A stretch of 64,000 nt of DNA from Acidobacteriota bacterium (GCA_965263035.1 OZ253580.1:384001-448000); one strand, 5' to 3'; counted from the first letter of the stretch, positions 54,530-64,000 are shown. The notes: generated from the sequence alone by a model not told the origin. Translations and numbers: made by a program.

Positions 54530-55273
54530 ATGAAGATTCAGAAGCTTTTCCAAAAAACCCGTTTCGGCATCTTCGCCCTCTTCGGGCTGATCGTGCTGTC
54601 CACGTCGATTCTGTGCATCTACACCGTCGACACCCAGTTGTCGGCGGAATACGAGACCAACACCAGGAATATCGCCAAGACCATTGCCGACGCCAGCGTG
54701 GACATCCTCCTGAACCGGAACCTGGCGACGCTGCAGTCGATGATCGACCAGTTCGTGGAGATTCAGGGAATCCGCTACATCTACATCACCAGTGAGTCGG
54801 GCGAATACCTGGCTCATACCTTCGTGCCGGGAATACCCGAGCAGGTCCGGGCCAGCGATCCGTCCAGCACCGAACCGGTCGAACGGAGCATACCGGGGAT
54901 GGGGGATTTCGTAGAAGTGGGCAGCCCCATCCTGGCCGGTGTCGCGGGCACGGTCCACGTGGGAATGGATCTGGACCTGGTTGCACTCAAGATCCAGCGG
55001 GCCATCGGTCAGCAGGTCATCCTCATCTGCATCTTTCTCGTGGTCAGTGTTCTGGCGTCGATCTGGTTCGTCAACCTGGCGGCAAAGCCTCTGGGTGGAC
55101 TCCTCGCCTATGCCGTCGACGTGGCCGGAGACAGAGAACCGGACACGTCGAGGGAGGACGAGCTGCTGGCCCGGGACGATGAAGTCGGAGACCTGGCCCG
55201 CCTCTTTCGTTACGTGTCCGAACGCGGGTCCGGTTCGAAGCGGTCCGGGGCCACGCCGGGACAGGCCGGGTAG
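54530..55273 (+). CDS. two-TM sensor-like protein ending in a HAMP-like segment, no output domain
   Basis: TM1 FALFGLIVLSTSILCIY, Cache-like YIYITSESGEYLAHTF, TM2, KPL...DEVGDLARLF, then stop. Confidence 0.75.
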   Translation: MKIQKLFQKTRFGIFALFGLIVLSTSILCIYTVDTQLSAEYETNTRNIAKTIADASVDILLNRNLATLQSMIDQFVEIQGIRYIYITSESGEYLAHTFVPGIPEQVRASDPSSTEPVERSIPGMGDFVEVGSPILAGVAGTVHVGMDLDLVALKIQRAIGQQVILICIFLVVSVLASIWFVNLAAKPLGGLLAYAVDVAGDREPDTSREDELLARDDEVGDLARLFRYVSERGSGSKRSGATPGQAG

Positions 55274-55287
55274 GAGGAAGTCGAGCG

Positions 55288-56598
55288 GTGCGCATACCGC
55301 GAAGCGTCATAGCTCTTATCTGCACGACTCTTCAAATCTGCTTCGGCACGGTCTACGCGTGGAGCTTCTTTCAGACGATGCTGGTCCGGCAGATGGGCTG
55401 GACCCATACTCAGACCGCCTGGGCCTTCAGTATCGCCATCTTCTCGCTGGGCGTTTCGGCGGCCTGGGCGGGAAGCATGCTGCCCCGGCTGGGTCCCCGG
55501 ATACTGGCCCTGGCCGGCAGCATCATGTTCTCCGGCGGATACCTGATCGCGGGTACGGCGCTCCAATTCGATCTGGTCCCCCTTTTCTACCTGGGCTACG
55601 GGGTGATCGGCGGCGCCGGAATCGGCTTCGGATACGTGACGCCGGTCGCCACGGTCGCCACGGTCGCCAAGTGGTTTCCCGACCGCAAGGGGCTGGCCAC
55701 CGGCATCGTGGTGATGGGATTCGGCGTCGGCGCGTTTCTTCTGAGCAAGGGACTGGCGCCGTTCCTGATCGTCGGGACGGCAGGAGCGCTGCCGCTGGTC
55801 TTCTTCTGGATGGGGATCATATTCGCCTGCATCCTGATTCCCTGCAGTCTTCTCCTGAGCGATCCCCCCGCGCCTGCTTCTCCGGGCGCCGGCAACCGGA
55901 CCTCCCTTCGGGACGCCGAACCCCAGTCTGCCCGGACCTATTTGGGCACCACCCAGTTCGTCATCATGTGGACGGTGTTCTTCTTCAACATCGCCGCCGG
56001 GATATCGGTGATCAGCTTCCAGTCGGAGCTCCTGCAGGAGGTCTGGGGACTCGCCGATCCCTCGATCGAGCCGACCACGCTTGCGGCATACGGAGCGACG
56101 CTCATCGCCGTCAGTTCGCTCTGCAACGGAGTGGGGCGCCTCTTCTGGGGACTCCTCTCGGACCGCTTGGGCCGGGCTGCGGTCTTCCGCATCCTGCTGG
56201 CCAGCCAGATGGTGGTCTTCGGGGTTCTGATGACGGAGACCAACCCCTGGATCTTCTCGATCCTGGTCTGTTACGTGCTCCTCTGTTTCGGCGGCGGGTT
56301 CGCCACCATGCCCTCTTTCGTGCTCGACGTCTTCGGCACCAGGAAGATGTCCACCATCTATGGCGTGATTCTCACGGCGTGGGCCGCCGCCGGCATCTGC
56401 GGACCGCTCTACATGGGGTATCTGAAGGACACCTACCCCGACCGGGCCGTTATGTACTGCTTTCTCATCGGCATCCTCATGCTGGGCGCCGGGTATCTGT
56501 TCTCCTACCTGCTCAATGACGGGCGGATTCGACTGGGGCGTCCGACCCTGGAGAGCACGTTGCACCGGTATGGGATTCCGGTGCCGGGCAAGAGCTGA
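55288..56598 (+). CDS. OFA (oxalate:formate antiporter) family MFS transporter
   Basis: GTVYAWS, KWFPDRKGLATG, NGVGRLFWGLLSDRLGR, FGGGFATMP, YGVILTAW. Confidence 0.9.
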   Translation: MRIPRSVIALICTTLQICFGTVYAWSFFQTMLVRQMGWTHTQTAWAFSIAIFSLGVSAAWAGSMLPRLGPRILALAGSIMFSGGYLIAGTALQFDLVPLFYLGYGVIGGAGIGFGYVTPVATVATVAKWFPDRKGLATGIVVMGFGVGAFLLSKGLAPFLIVGTAGALPLVFFWMGIIFACILIPCSLLLSDPPAPASPGAGNRTSLRDAEPQSARTYLGTTQFVIMWTVFFFNIAAGISVISFQSELLQEVWGLADPSIEPTTLAAYGATLIAVSSLCNGVGRLFWGLLSDRLGRAAVFRILLASQMVVFGVLMTETNPWIFSILVCYVLLCFGGGFATMPSFVLDVFGTRKMSTIYGVILTAWAAAGICGPLYMGYLKDTYPDRAVMYCFLIGILMLGAGYLFSYLLNDGRIRLGRPTLESTLHRYGIPVPGKS

Positions 56599-56737
56599 AA
56601 ACGGCCCGGCGGGTTTGTTGCAGCCCGGATCGGAATGCTTCAAATCGTGATTTTTTCAGTCCGACTTCCGGCACCGGATTGCGGTATCCTTTTCCGGGCG
56701 ATCGGCTCCCGAGTTTGGCGCCGGCGATCGAAGGATC

Positions 56738-57250
56738 ATGCGAAGACGCGAGTGGTTTCAGAAATTGGTGGGCGGCGTCATAGGAATCGGCCTGTTGGTC
56801 GTCCCCCTGGGAGCGGGCCTTCTCTTCCTTCTCAACCCCCTTCGCCGTCGTGCCGAGCAGCACGGCTTCAACCGCGTGGCCTCCGTCGACAGCCTTCCGA
56901 TGGGCACCCCCCGTCACTTCCGGGTGCGAGGCCAGCGCCGGGACGCCTGGGAAGTGGGCGCCCAGGTTCCGCTGGGAGCCGTTTACCTGGTGCGGCAGGA
57001 GACCGGTATCCGGGCCTTCCAGGTCATCTGTCCCCATGCCGGATGCTTCGTCGGATATGAAACGGCCAAGCGCCGGTTCCTCTGTCCCTGCCACGACAGC
57101 TCCTTCGGGCTGGACGGCGCCATTGCCGATCCGGAGAGCCCGTCTCCCCGGGGTCTGGACGAACTGGAGGTCAAGATCGAAAAGGGCGAGGTCCTGGTGC
57201 GCTACCAGGAGTTTCGACCCGGCGTACGCGAGAGGGTCGCCATCTCGTGA
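56738..57250 (+). CDS. Rieske iron-sulfur subunit of a bc-type complex
   Basis: RRREW Tat anchor, CPHAGC, CPCHDSSF, SPSPRGLD. Confidence 0.92.
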   Translation: MRRREWFQKLVGGVIGIGLLVVPLGAGLLFLLNPLRRRAEQHGFNRVASVDSLPMGTPRHFRVRGQRRDAWEVGAQVPLGAVYLVRQETGIRAFQVICPHAGCFVGYETAKRRFLCPCHDSSFGLDGAIADPESPSPRGLDELEVKIEKGEVLVRYQEFRPGVRERVAIS

Positions 57251-59073
57251 GCCGCCCGAGCGACTGGCTGGATCGCAGGACGGGCTACCGGCGACTCGTG
57301 TCCTGGCTGCTTTACGAGTCGATCCCGGGCGGCGCCAGATGGCGCTATGTCTGGGGGAGCACCCTGGTCTTCACCTTCCTGCTCCAGCTCTTCACCGGTC
57401 TCCTCCTTTGGACCGCCTACAGTCCGTCGATCCGGGCGGCCTGGGAGAGCGTCTACTTCATCCAGCACCAGATGGAGCTGGGCTGGTTCATCCGGGGGCT
57501 GCATCACTACGCCTCCCACGCCATGATCGTGCTGCTGGTCCTCCATCTCATACAGGTGGTGATCGCGGGTGCCTACCGTTCTCCCCGCGAGATCAACTGG
57601 TGGTTCGGACTGCTTCTGATGGGGCTGGTGGTGGGAACGGCCCTCACCGGATACCTGTTGCCCTGGGACGAACGGGGATACTGGGCCACCCAGGTCACCA
57701 CCAAGATCCTGGGGATCGTGCCGCTGCTGGGACCGACCCTGGAGCGCCTTCTTCTGGGCGGACCCACCTACGGACATCACACGCTCACACGTTTCTTCGC
57801 GCTTCACGCCGGATTGTTGCCGGCTCTTCTGGTGCTCGTGACAGTGCTGCACGTCGTCCTGTTCCGCCGCCACGGCGTGACCCATCCCGAGGACGCCAAG
57901 GGAGAGACCTATTTCTGGCCCCGGCAGGCGTTTCTGGACGGCCTCGCCTGCTTGGCCGTGCTGGTGGTCCTGGCGGCGATGGCAGGCTGGGGCGGTTGGG
58001 AACAGGGCTTCGTCTTCGGACCCGAAGGCGGAGCTCCCCTGGACGCGCCGGCCGATCCTTCCCGGCCCTCCCCGTCGGCACGTCCCGAATGGTACTTGCT
58101 CTTTCTTTACCAGTTCCTGAAGTACTTTCCAGGACGGAGCGAGGTGATCGGCGCTGTGGTTATTCCCTCGTTCGTGGTGGGAGTGATGTTCTGCTTCCCT
58201 TTTCTGAGCCGCATCCGCCGGGGCCACGCGTTGTGCGTCGGGATCACCTTCGCCACCCTCACCGCTGCGCTGCTGCTGACGGTGACGGCCATTCGGGAAG
58301 ATCAGACCCGGCCCATGTACGAGGCGGGACTGGCCGATGCGGAGAAGAAGACCGGGCGCATCCTGGAGTTGGCCAGGGAAAACGGGATTCCTCCCGACGG
58401 CGCCCTGGCGATGTTGCACCGGGACCCTCAGACTCAGGGTCCGACGCTGTTTCGAGACAACTGCTCCGCCTGCCACCGCTGGGACAGCCATGACGGTACC
58501 GGGGCCCAGGTGACGGAGATCCGGGACGGAGCATCGCTGGCCGTCCCTCCCGGCGCCAGCGATCTGGCCGGTTTCGGGACTCCGGAATGGGTCGCCGAAT
58601 TTCTGAAGGATCCGTCGGCGGAGCGCTTCTTCGGACAGACCCCTCACCGGGATGGGACCATGGTTCAGTGGGCGAGGAAGAACATCCCCCTCATGACGGA
58701 ACGTGAGATCGATGCCGTGTCCGCTTTCGTCATCCACCAGACGAGAGATTCCGAATCAGCGGCGGCGGACCCGGAACTCATGGCGCTCGGAGCGCACGTT
58801 TTCTCGTCAGGAAATTCAGAAGGGGCTCAAGGTTGCATCACGTGCCATCAACTCGACCACCCGGAGGTTTCGGGGTCGGGAATGGCCCTGGGACCGGACC
58901 TGACCGGATATGGTTCTGCGGAGTGGCTGGGCGGAATCATCAGGGATTCTTCCCAACCTCGTTTCTACGGTAACCAGAATTCCGGGATGCCGAAGTTCGC
59001 CCACCGGCTCCGAAACCAGGAGCTCCAACTCCTGACCGAATGGATCCTTGAGGAGAGCCAGACCGAAAAATAG
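57247..59073 (+). CDS. cytochrome b fused to a di-heme cytochrome c domain
   Basis: GWFIRGLHH, GYLLPWD, RFFALH, RPEWY; CSACH and CITCH. Confidence 0.92.
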   Translation: MSRPSDWLDRRTGYRRLVSWLLYESIPGGARWRYVWGSTLVFTFLLQLFTGLLLWTAYSPSIRAAWESVYFIQHQMELGWFIRGLHHYASHAMIVLLVLHLIQVVIAGAYRSPREINWWFGLLLMGLVVGTALTGYLLPWDERGYWATQVTTKILGIVPLLGPTLERLLLGGPTYGHHTLTRFFALHAGLLPALLVLVTVLHVVLFRRHGVTHPEDAKGETYFWPRQAFLDGLACLAVLVVLAAMAGWGGWEQGFVFGPEGGAPLDAPADPSRPSPSARPEWYLLFLYQFLKYFPGRSEVIGAVVIPSFVVGVMFCFPFLSRIRRGHALCVGITFATLTAALLLTVTAIREDQTRPMYEAGLADAEKKTGRILELARENGIPPDGALAMLHRDPQTQGPTLFRDNCSACHRWDSHDGTGAQVTEIRDGASLAVPPGASDLAGFGTPEWVAEFLKDPSAERFFGQTPHRDGTMVQWARKNIPLMTEREIDAVSAFVIHQTRDSESAAADPELMALGAHVFSSGNSEGAQGCITCHQLDHPEVSGSGMALGPDLTGYGSAEWLGGIIRDSSQPRFYGNQNSGMPKFAHRLRNQELQLLTEWILEESQTEK

Positions 59074-59079
59074 AGGACA

Positions 59080-61194
59080 GTGATCATGAAGCCGGAAATC
59101 GTGTCCGACCGGAAGCATCTCACCGCCGCTTCGGACGGCTTCGGAACCGGCTCCCGGGCCCTGTCCTTAACAGCCCGTGGCAAAAGTCGTCGCGGCATTC
59201 GACCGTCCCTGCATCCCGGCGGACTGCGTTGCGATTCGGTCACATACTCCCGGTATGCTCCCTCATCGCGCCTTGTCCGGCGGGCGCAGGAACGGTCTCG
59301 GTGCTCGCGGGACTTTCACCACGGACTGTTAATGGTCCTGGCCGCTGCCGTCCTACTCCCGGCCTGTACTCAACCGGTGCCGGTCGAGACTCGGGAGGAC
59401 GGCCGACTCCCCATCTTCCATCGGACCGAAACTCCCATCTACTTCACCGATCTCAGCCGGTCCCAACCGGCCTCGGCCCTGACCCGCCAAGAGAAACGTT
59501 TCGCCTGGAGACTCATCGACTACGTGGCCGAGGATTTCAAGGGAACCCTGGTTTTTGCGGGAGAGGAGGCTCAGGCGCCCGACCTGACCCTGTCGCTGGA
59601 CACCACCGGCGTCCACGACGTGTACGTGGGCATGTTCAATACGGCCTGGAGGCCCTACCAGAACCTGAATGCGCGGGCCAAGCTGACCGGCGACCCGGCT
59701 TTTTCGACCCTTTTCCTGCCGGCTCCAGAGGGACTGACTTCGGGGGTGCCGGAGGACGACACTGTCCGGGGCCCGCGGATTCAGGACGTCTACTTCAAGA
59801 CGGCCGATCTGAGCGGGCAGGACCTCATCATCCGGCAACCCTGCCAACGGATCGTCCCCCCGGACCAGGAGTACGGCAACCCGTGCGAGAAGGTCTGGAT
59901 CGCCTACGTCAAGCTGGTGCCGCTGAACCCGGAAGAGGTGGCCACCCTGGAGCAGGATCGGGCGCGGACCGATACCCGCCGGCTCTTCGGCTACAACGAT
60001 TCCTGGGGCGTGGCCTGGGGACGTGCGGAGCCGGCCTCGGCGGAGTTCGTCCGTTCACACCTGGAACCCTACCGCGGCACCGATTTCCGGCGGATCTACT
60101 GGGACGGGGTCCACGGGGACGTCTGCAACTACTTCACCCGGGTCGGAAGGATGTGGACCCGGGAACACTATCCTCTGGAGGATTTCGTCCGGACCGGCGA
60201 CCGGCTGCTGGTCGAGTCCTGGACCGAGTACGTGGAGAAAGGGATCGACCCTCTTCAGGTGGCGGCCGACGCCGCCCGCGAGATGGGCCTCGAGATTCAC
60301 GTCAACTACCGGCTGGGTTGGGGGCCCTTCTACTGGCCGCCCCCCTGGGAAGCCTTCAACCGGGGAGGTTTCTGGGACCGGCATCCCGAGTGGCGCACGG
60401 TGTGTCGGGACGGCACCCGCGGCACCGCCATGTCCCTGGCCTTTCCGGGGGTTCGGGACTACATGCTGAGTTTCGTGCGGGAGATGGCTGCCTATCCCGT
60501 CGACGGCATCGCCATCCTCTACAACCGCCAACCCCCGTACGTCGAGTATGAAGCTCCCCTGGTGGAGGGTTTCAAGGGCGAATTCGGTAGGGACCCAAGG
60601 GAGATGGACGGTCAGGATCCGGAGTGGCGCGACTGGTTGGCCTACCGGAGCCGGGCCGCCACCCAATTCATGAAGGACCTGCGCCGGACGCTACAAGAAT
60701 CGGCCCGGGAACAGGGCCGTGGCAAACCCTTCGAGATCACGGCGTGGGTCTTCGGCAACCTTCAGGAGAACCTGGAATTCGGACTGGATCCGGAGACCTG
60801 GGTGCGGGAGGGGCTGGTGGACACCCTGATCCCCTACTCCTCGGCCAAACATCTCTTCAGTTGGCAGCCGTCGTGGGAAGACCCGCGGGACGTGGCCGCG
60901 TGGGTGTCCCTGACCCAAGGAACCCGGACCAAGCTCGCGCTGAACGTCATGCCCCGGAACCTGCCGGTGGCCGAATACCGGCGCAAGGCCCATTCCCTTT
61001 ACGGCGCCGGAGTGGAGTACCTGGCTTTCTGGGACACGGTTATCCACGGAAGCGCCTCATCCCTGGCTCTGAGGCGCCTCGGACACGCCGAAGAGATCGC
61101 CGCCTGGCTGAGAGCGGGACAGCCTGCGGAAAAGCTGCCCTTCTCTCGACTGCGAAAATTGGGCGACTGGGACTTGAGCTTCTTCCCTGAATGA
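59080..61194 (+). CDS. probable lipoprotein with TIM-barrel glycoside-hydrolase-like (GHL10) domain; MITE inserted in frame in its leader
   Basis: LLPAC lipobox-like, FWDRHPEW, SLAFPGVRDY, PVDGI, WVREGLVD. Confidence 0.7.
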   Translation: MIMKPEIVSDRKHLTAASDGFGTGSRALSLTARGKSRRGIRPSLHPGGLRCDSVTYSRYAPSSRLVRRAQERSRCSRDFHHGLLMVLAAAVLLPACTQPVPVETREDGRLPIFHRTETPIYFTDLSRSQPASALTRQEKRFAWRLIDYVAEDFKGTLVFAGEEAQAPDLTLSLDTTGVHDVYVGMFNTAWRPYQNLNARAKLTGDPAFSTLFLPAPEGLTSGVPEDDTVRGPRIQDVYFKTADLSGQDLIIRQPCQRIVPPDQEYGNPCEKVWIAYVKLVPLNPEEVATLEQDRARTDTRRLFGYNDSWGVAWGRAEPASAEFVRSHLEPYRGTDFRRIYWDGVHGDVCNYFTRVGRMWTREHYPLEDFVRTGDRLLVESWTEYVEKGIDPLQVAADAAREMGLEIHVNYRLGWGPFYWPPPWEAFNRGGFWDRHPEWRTVCRDGTRGTAMSLAFPGVRDYMLSFVREMAAYPVDGIAILYNRQPPYVEYEAPLVEGFKGEFGRDPREMDGQDPEWRDWLAYRSRAATQFMKDLRRTLQESAREQGRGKPFEITAWVFGNLQENLEFGLDPETWVREGLVDTLIPYSSAKHLFSWQPSWEDPRDVAAWVSLTQGTRTKLALNVMPRNLPVAEYRRKAHSLYGAGVEYLAFWDTVIHGSASSLALRRLGHAEEIAAWLRAGQPAEKLPFSRLRKLGDWDLSFFPE
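59171..59328. mobile_element. MITE, 158 bp, flanked by TTAA (inverted relative to the 16465 copy)
   Basis: TTAA-CAGCCCGTGGCAAAAGTC ... GACTTTCACCACGGACTG-TTAA. Confidence 0.9.
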
Positions 61195-61230
61195 ACTCGC
61201 ACTGCACTCTCAAGCAGGGGGACTGATCCC

Positions 61231-62000
61231 ATGGAGAATCGCATCGCTTTAGTGACCGGCGCCGGCCGTGGCATCGGACGCGCCATCGCTGCCGGGCTCG
61301 CCGCCGAAGGCGCCCGAGTCGCCGTCACCGCACGCAGCCTGGACGAGCTGGAGAACTTGGCCCGGGAAGTGAAAGCCGGGGGTGGAGCCGCGCTGGTGGT
61401 TCCGGGCGACCTGTCAGATCGATCGGGGCCGGCCCGCATCGTCCGGACCGTCACGGAAACCTGGGGCCCCATCGAAATCCTGGTCAACAACGCCGGTGTG
61501 GGAAGCAGTCAGAATCCCAAGGCTCTGGTCGATTTCGACGACGACTTCTGGGACCTGACGCTCATGGTAAACCTGACCGCTCCCTACCTCCTCACCAAGC
61601 TGGTCCTCCCCTCCATGATGGAGCGGGGATGGGGACGGATCATCAACATCTCGTCCATCGCCGGAAGGATCGGAAGCGAGCACGGCGCCGCCTATGGCGC
61701 CAGCAAACACGGCCTGTTGGGGCTGACCCGCAGCACGGCCGTGGAAGGAGCCCCCCACGGCATCACCGCCAATGCCGTCTGTCCCGGCGTGACCCGCTCC
61801 CGCCTCAACGACCGGCGCCTGGAGTACGACTCGCAGCGGCTGGGGATCAGCTTCGAACAGTTGGAAAAGGAATCCACGCCTCTGGGCCGGCGCCTCGAAC
61901 CCGAAGAGGTCGCCGTCCTGGCCGTCCAGCTGGCCCGGGACGAAGCAGAGGCATCAACGGCCAGTCCATTAACGTCTGTGGCGGCCGGGTGTTCAGCTAA
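61231..62000 (+). CDS. short-chain dehydrogenase/reductase with a 1-nt frameshift near the C-terminus
   Basis: TGAGRGIG, NNAG, YGASK; the normal end GINGQSINVCGGRVFS* is in another frame from about 61948. Confidence 0.85.
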
Positions 62001-62013
62001 GCCGCCAAACCTT

Positions 62014-62254
62014 GGAGGGACGGTTTTCTTGCCGCCCTTTGCGGGGGACAGTCTTGTCCCCCGCTGGGAGGGGCGACTTTCTTGTCGCCCATTGGGACAG
62101 GCGGCTTTCTTGCCGCCTGCTCTTCCATGTTGCTATGCGATTCGGTGGCCTCAAAGTGTAGGAAAGTGTAAAGGGGGGACTCCGTTCCCCCCTGGTCGGC
62201 GACAAGAAAGTCGCCGCTCCACCCCCCATCGGCGACAAGAAAGGCGCCGCTCCC
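62014..62254. repeat. BIME-like cluster of about 7 REP-like palindromes
   Basis: Direct and inverted copies of GGAG(C/G)GGCGACTTTCTTGTCGCC variants. Confidence 0.8.
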
Positions 62255-62298
62255 GCGTCTTCCTTTTTGTCGGCGCACGGGACTATAGTGGTCAGGCT

Positions 62299-63567
62299 AT
62301 GCCACTCAAGAAATCAGAGCTCGATCGAAGAGGATTCTTCCGGAAGACTGCACTCACTGCTGCCGCTCTCTCGGCTCGAAGCTACGGGCGGGTCCTGGGG
62401 GCCAATCATCGGCTCCGCATCGGAATCATCGGCTGCGGAAAGATCGCCGGCAGCCATCATCTGCCCAAGCTGCTGAAGATGGCCGAGGCCGCCAACGTCG
62501 AGGTCGTGGCCGTGTCGGACGTCTACCGGACCCGAGCCCGGAAGTTCCAGGATCGAATCTCGAAGGCCGGGGGAAGCGCCGTGGACAAGGTCCACCATCA
62601 GGACCTGCTGGAGATGAAGGATGTGGATTACGTCGTCATCGCCACGCCGGAGCACTGGCACCACCGGCAAACCCTGGACGCACTGGATGCGGGAAAGCAC
62701 GTCTATTGCGAAAAGCCCATGACCCACACCATTCCCGAAGCCCAGGAGGTGGTTCGGAGGGTCCGGGAGACGGGTCTCAAGATGCAGGTCGGCGTCCAGG
62801 GGATGAGCGACGACAGCTACTCCAGCGCCAATCGGGCCATACGGGCCGGCAAGCTGGGTACGGTGGTGGAAGCCCAGTTGGAGTATGTGCGCAATCACCC
62901 CCTGAACAAGGGACCCTGGCGCAGAGGGATCCGGTCCGACGCTTCCAAGCCTCCCGATCTGGACTGGGATCGCTGGCTGGGACCGGCGACCAAGCGGCCC
63001 TGGTCTCCCCATCGCTACTTCGAATGGCGCAACTACAGGGACTACTCGGGCGGGATCTCGACGGACCTGTTCATTCACCGCCTCACCCGGGTGCTGAAAG
63101 CCTGCGAACTGACGTATCCGAATTCGGTAGCCGGGTTGGGGGGAATCTACATCTGGGACGACGGTCGAGACGTGCCCGACAACTTGGAGATGATCGCCGA
63201 ATACCCGGCAATCGAAGGAATAACCAATGGGATGACCCTTCACATGCTGGGCACCATGGCGAATAAGCACGGTGTCGAGCACTGTATCCGGGGGCACAAG
63301 GGCACCCTGGTCTTCACCAAGAGAGGTTGGAAGATCCTGGATCAGGGAACCGGCAAAGTCGTGGAAACCCACAAGAAGACGGGCGCCGAGGACATGGCGC
63401 TCCACCATCGCAACCTGCAGTCGGCCATTCGGGACGGCAAGGCATTGGCGTGTCCCGCTGAGTTGGGAATGCGCGGAGTGGTCGCCGTGGTCATGTGCAA
63501 CGAGTCCTGGGCTCGAAGGAAGCTCATGACCTGGGATTCCGAAAAGCAGGAGATGCTCGAGGCTTAG
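62299..63567 (+). CDS. Gfo/Idh/MocA family oxidoreductase with Tat leader
   Basis: DRRGFF, IGIIGCG, ATPEHWH, YCEKP, WDRWLGPA. Confidence 0.92.
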   Translation: MPLKKSELDRRGFFRKTALTAAALSARSYGRVLGANHRLRIGIIGCGKIAGSHHLPKLLKMAEAANVEVVAVSDVYRTRARKFQDRISKAGGSAVDKVHHQDLLEMKDVDYVVIATPEHWHHRQTLDALDAGKHVYCEKPMTHTIPEAQEVVRRVRETGLKMQVGVQGMSDDSYSSANRAIRAGKLGTVVEAQLEYVRNHPLNKGPWRRGIRSDASKPPDLDWDRWLGPATKRPWSPHRYFEWRNYRDYSGGISTDLFIHRLTRVLKACELTYPNSVAGLGGIYIWDDGRDVPDNLEMIAEYPAIEGITNGMTLHMLGTMANKHGVEHCIRGHKGTLVFTKRGWKILDQGTGKVVETHKKTGAEDMALHHRNLQSAIRDGKALACPAELGMRGVVAVVMCNESWARRKLMTWDSEKQEMLEA

Positions 63568-63753
63568 GAGCCTGCGCCGCAGAAATTGATCTACTGCGAA
63601 AGCGGTAGAATCGGTCCATATTTCCTCGATTTCTCGGCGAATAGAACAACTATGCACCTCCAAATCGAGAAAATCTGGCCTCGATTCCCCACTTTCTCGC
63701 TACGATCATTTCTACAGCGCAGCCTCCTTAGCCCGCGACGGGCTCATCCAGGT

Positions 63754-64000
63754 TCACAGCAACTCGTAGAACAGTTTCTCGTACTGCTCGGTGATCCGCT
63801 CCCAGGCGAAACGGCGGCGAACCCGATCCTGCGCCGCCTTCCGCAGTTCCCGGTAGTCTTCAGGCGTGCGGCAGACTCTGGCCATGAGCCGGGCGAGTTG
63901 CGTCTCCTGGTTGAAGGGATAGAAGAGGCCGGCGGCGGCTACGGCTTCCCGGTTTTCCGGGATGTCGTTGACCAGGACCAGACAACCGGCGCCCATGGCC
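63754..64000 (-). CDS. glycosyltransferase family 4, C-terminal part (truncated by window)
   Basis: AMGAGCLVLVNDIPENRE ... FAWERITEQYEKL. Confidence 0.8.
   Translation of the reverse strand, partial: AMGAGCLVLVNDIPENREAVAAAGLFYPFNQETQLARLMARVCRTPEDYRELRKAAQDRVRRRFAWERITEQYEKLFYELL

Noticed and set aside
62014-62254. Possible CRISPR array
   Set aside because: Repeats occur in both orientations with irregular spacing and no cas genes are nearby; this fits REPs
61231-63567. 778-aa SDR-Gfo/Idh/MocA fusion protein in the ORF track
   Set aside because: The SDR's natural C-terminus is in another frame ending at 62000, the linker is a REP cluster, and the second gene has its own Tat leader at 62299

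Overview
High-GC bacterial chromosomal window. The gene content suggests Acidobacteriota by inference: an Oar-like TonB-dependent receptor, DUF1501/PSD1 and DUF1552/DUF1592 cytochrome clusters, and a Rieske plus fused cytochrome b-c pair. It carries mtnA-tsaD, a Wzm/Wzt glycan export operon with two GT2 enzymes, many catabolic enzymes (two PhyH dioxygenases, SDRs, nitrilase, aldolase, beta-propeller hydrolases), two intact type II toxin-antitoxin pairs and msrA. Non-coding highlights: (1) a 630-nt ORF-less group IIC intron inserted antisense in a Zn-alcohol dehydrogenase gene, whose removal restores the frame exactly; (2) a ~160-bp TTAA-flanked MITE in three copies, one inserted in frame in a probable lipoprotein signal peptide; (3) GGAG-type REP clusters. 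Other candidates are a solute-binding protein / output-less HAMP protein / OFA transporter trio, a radical SAM protein with a Cx6Cx3C motif, and a collapsed PKS-sulfotransferase remnant. Eight genes carry stops, frameshifts or duplications. No rRNA, tRNA or CRISPR array was seen. All family assignments come from motif recognition, not database searches.
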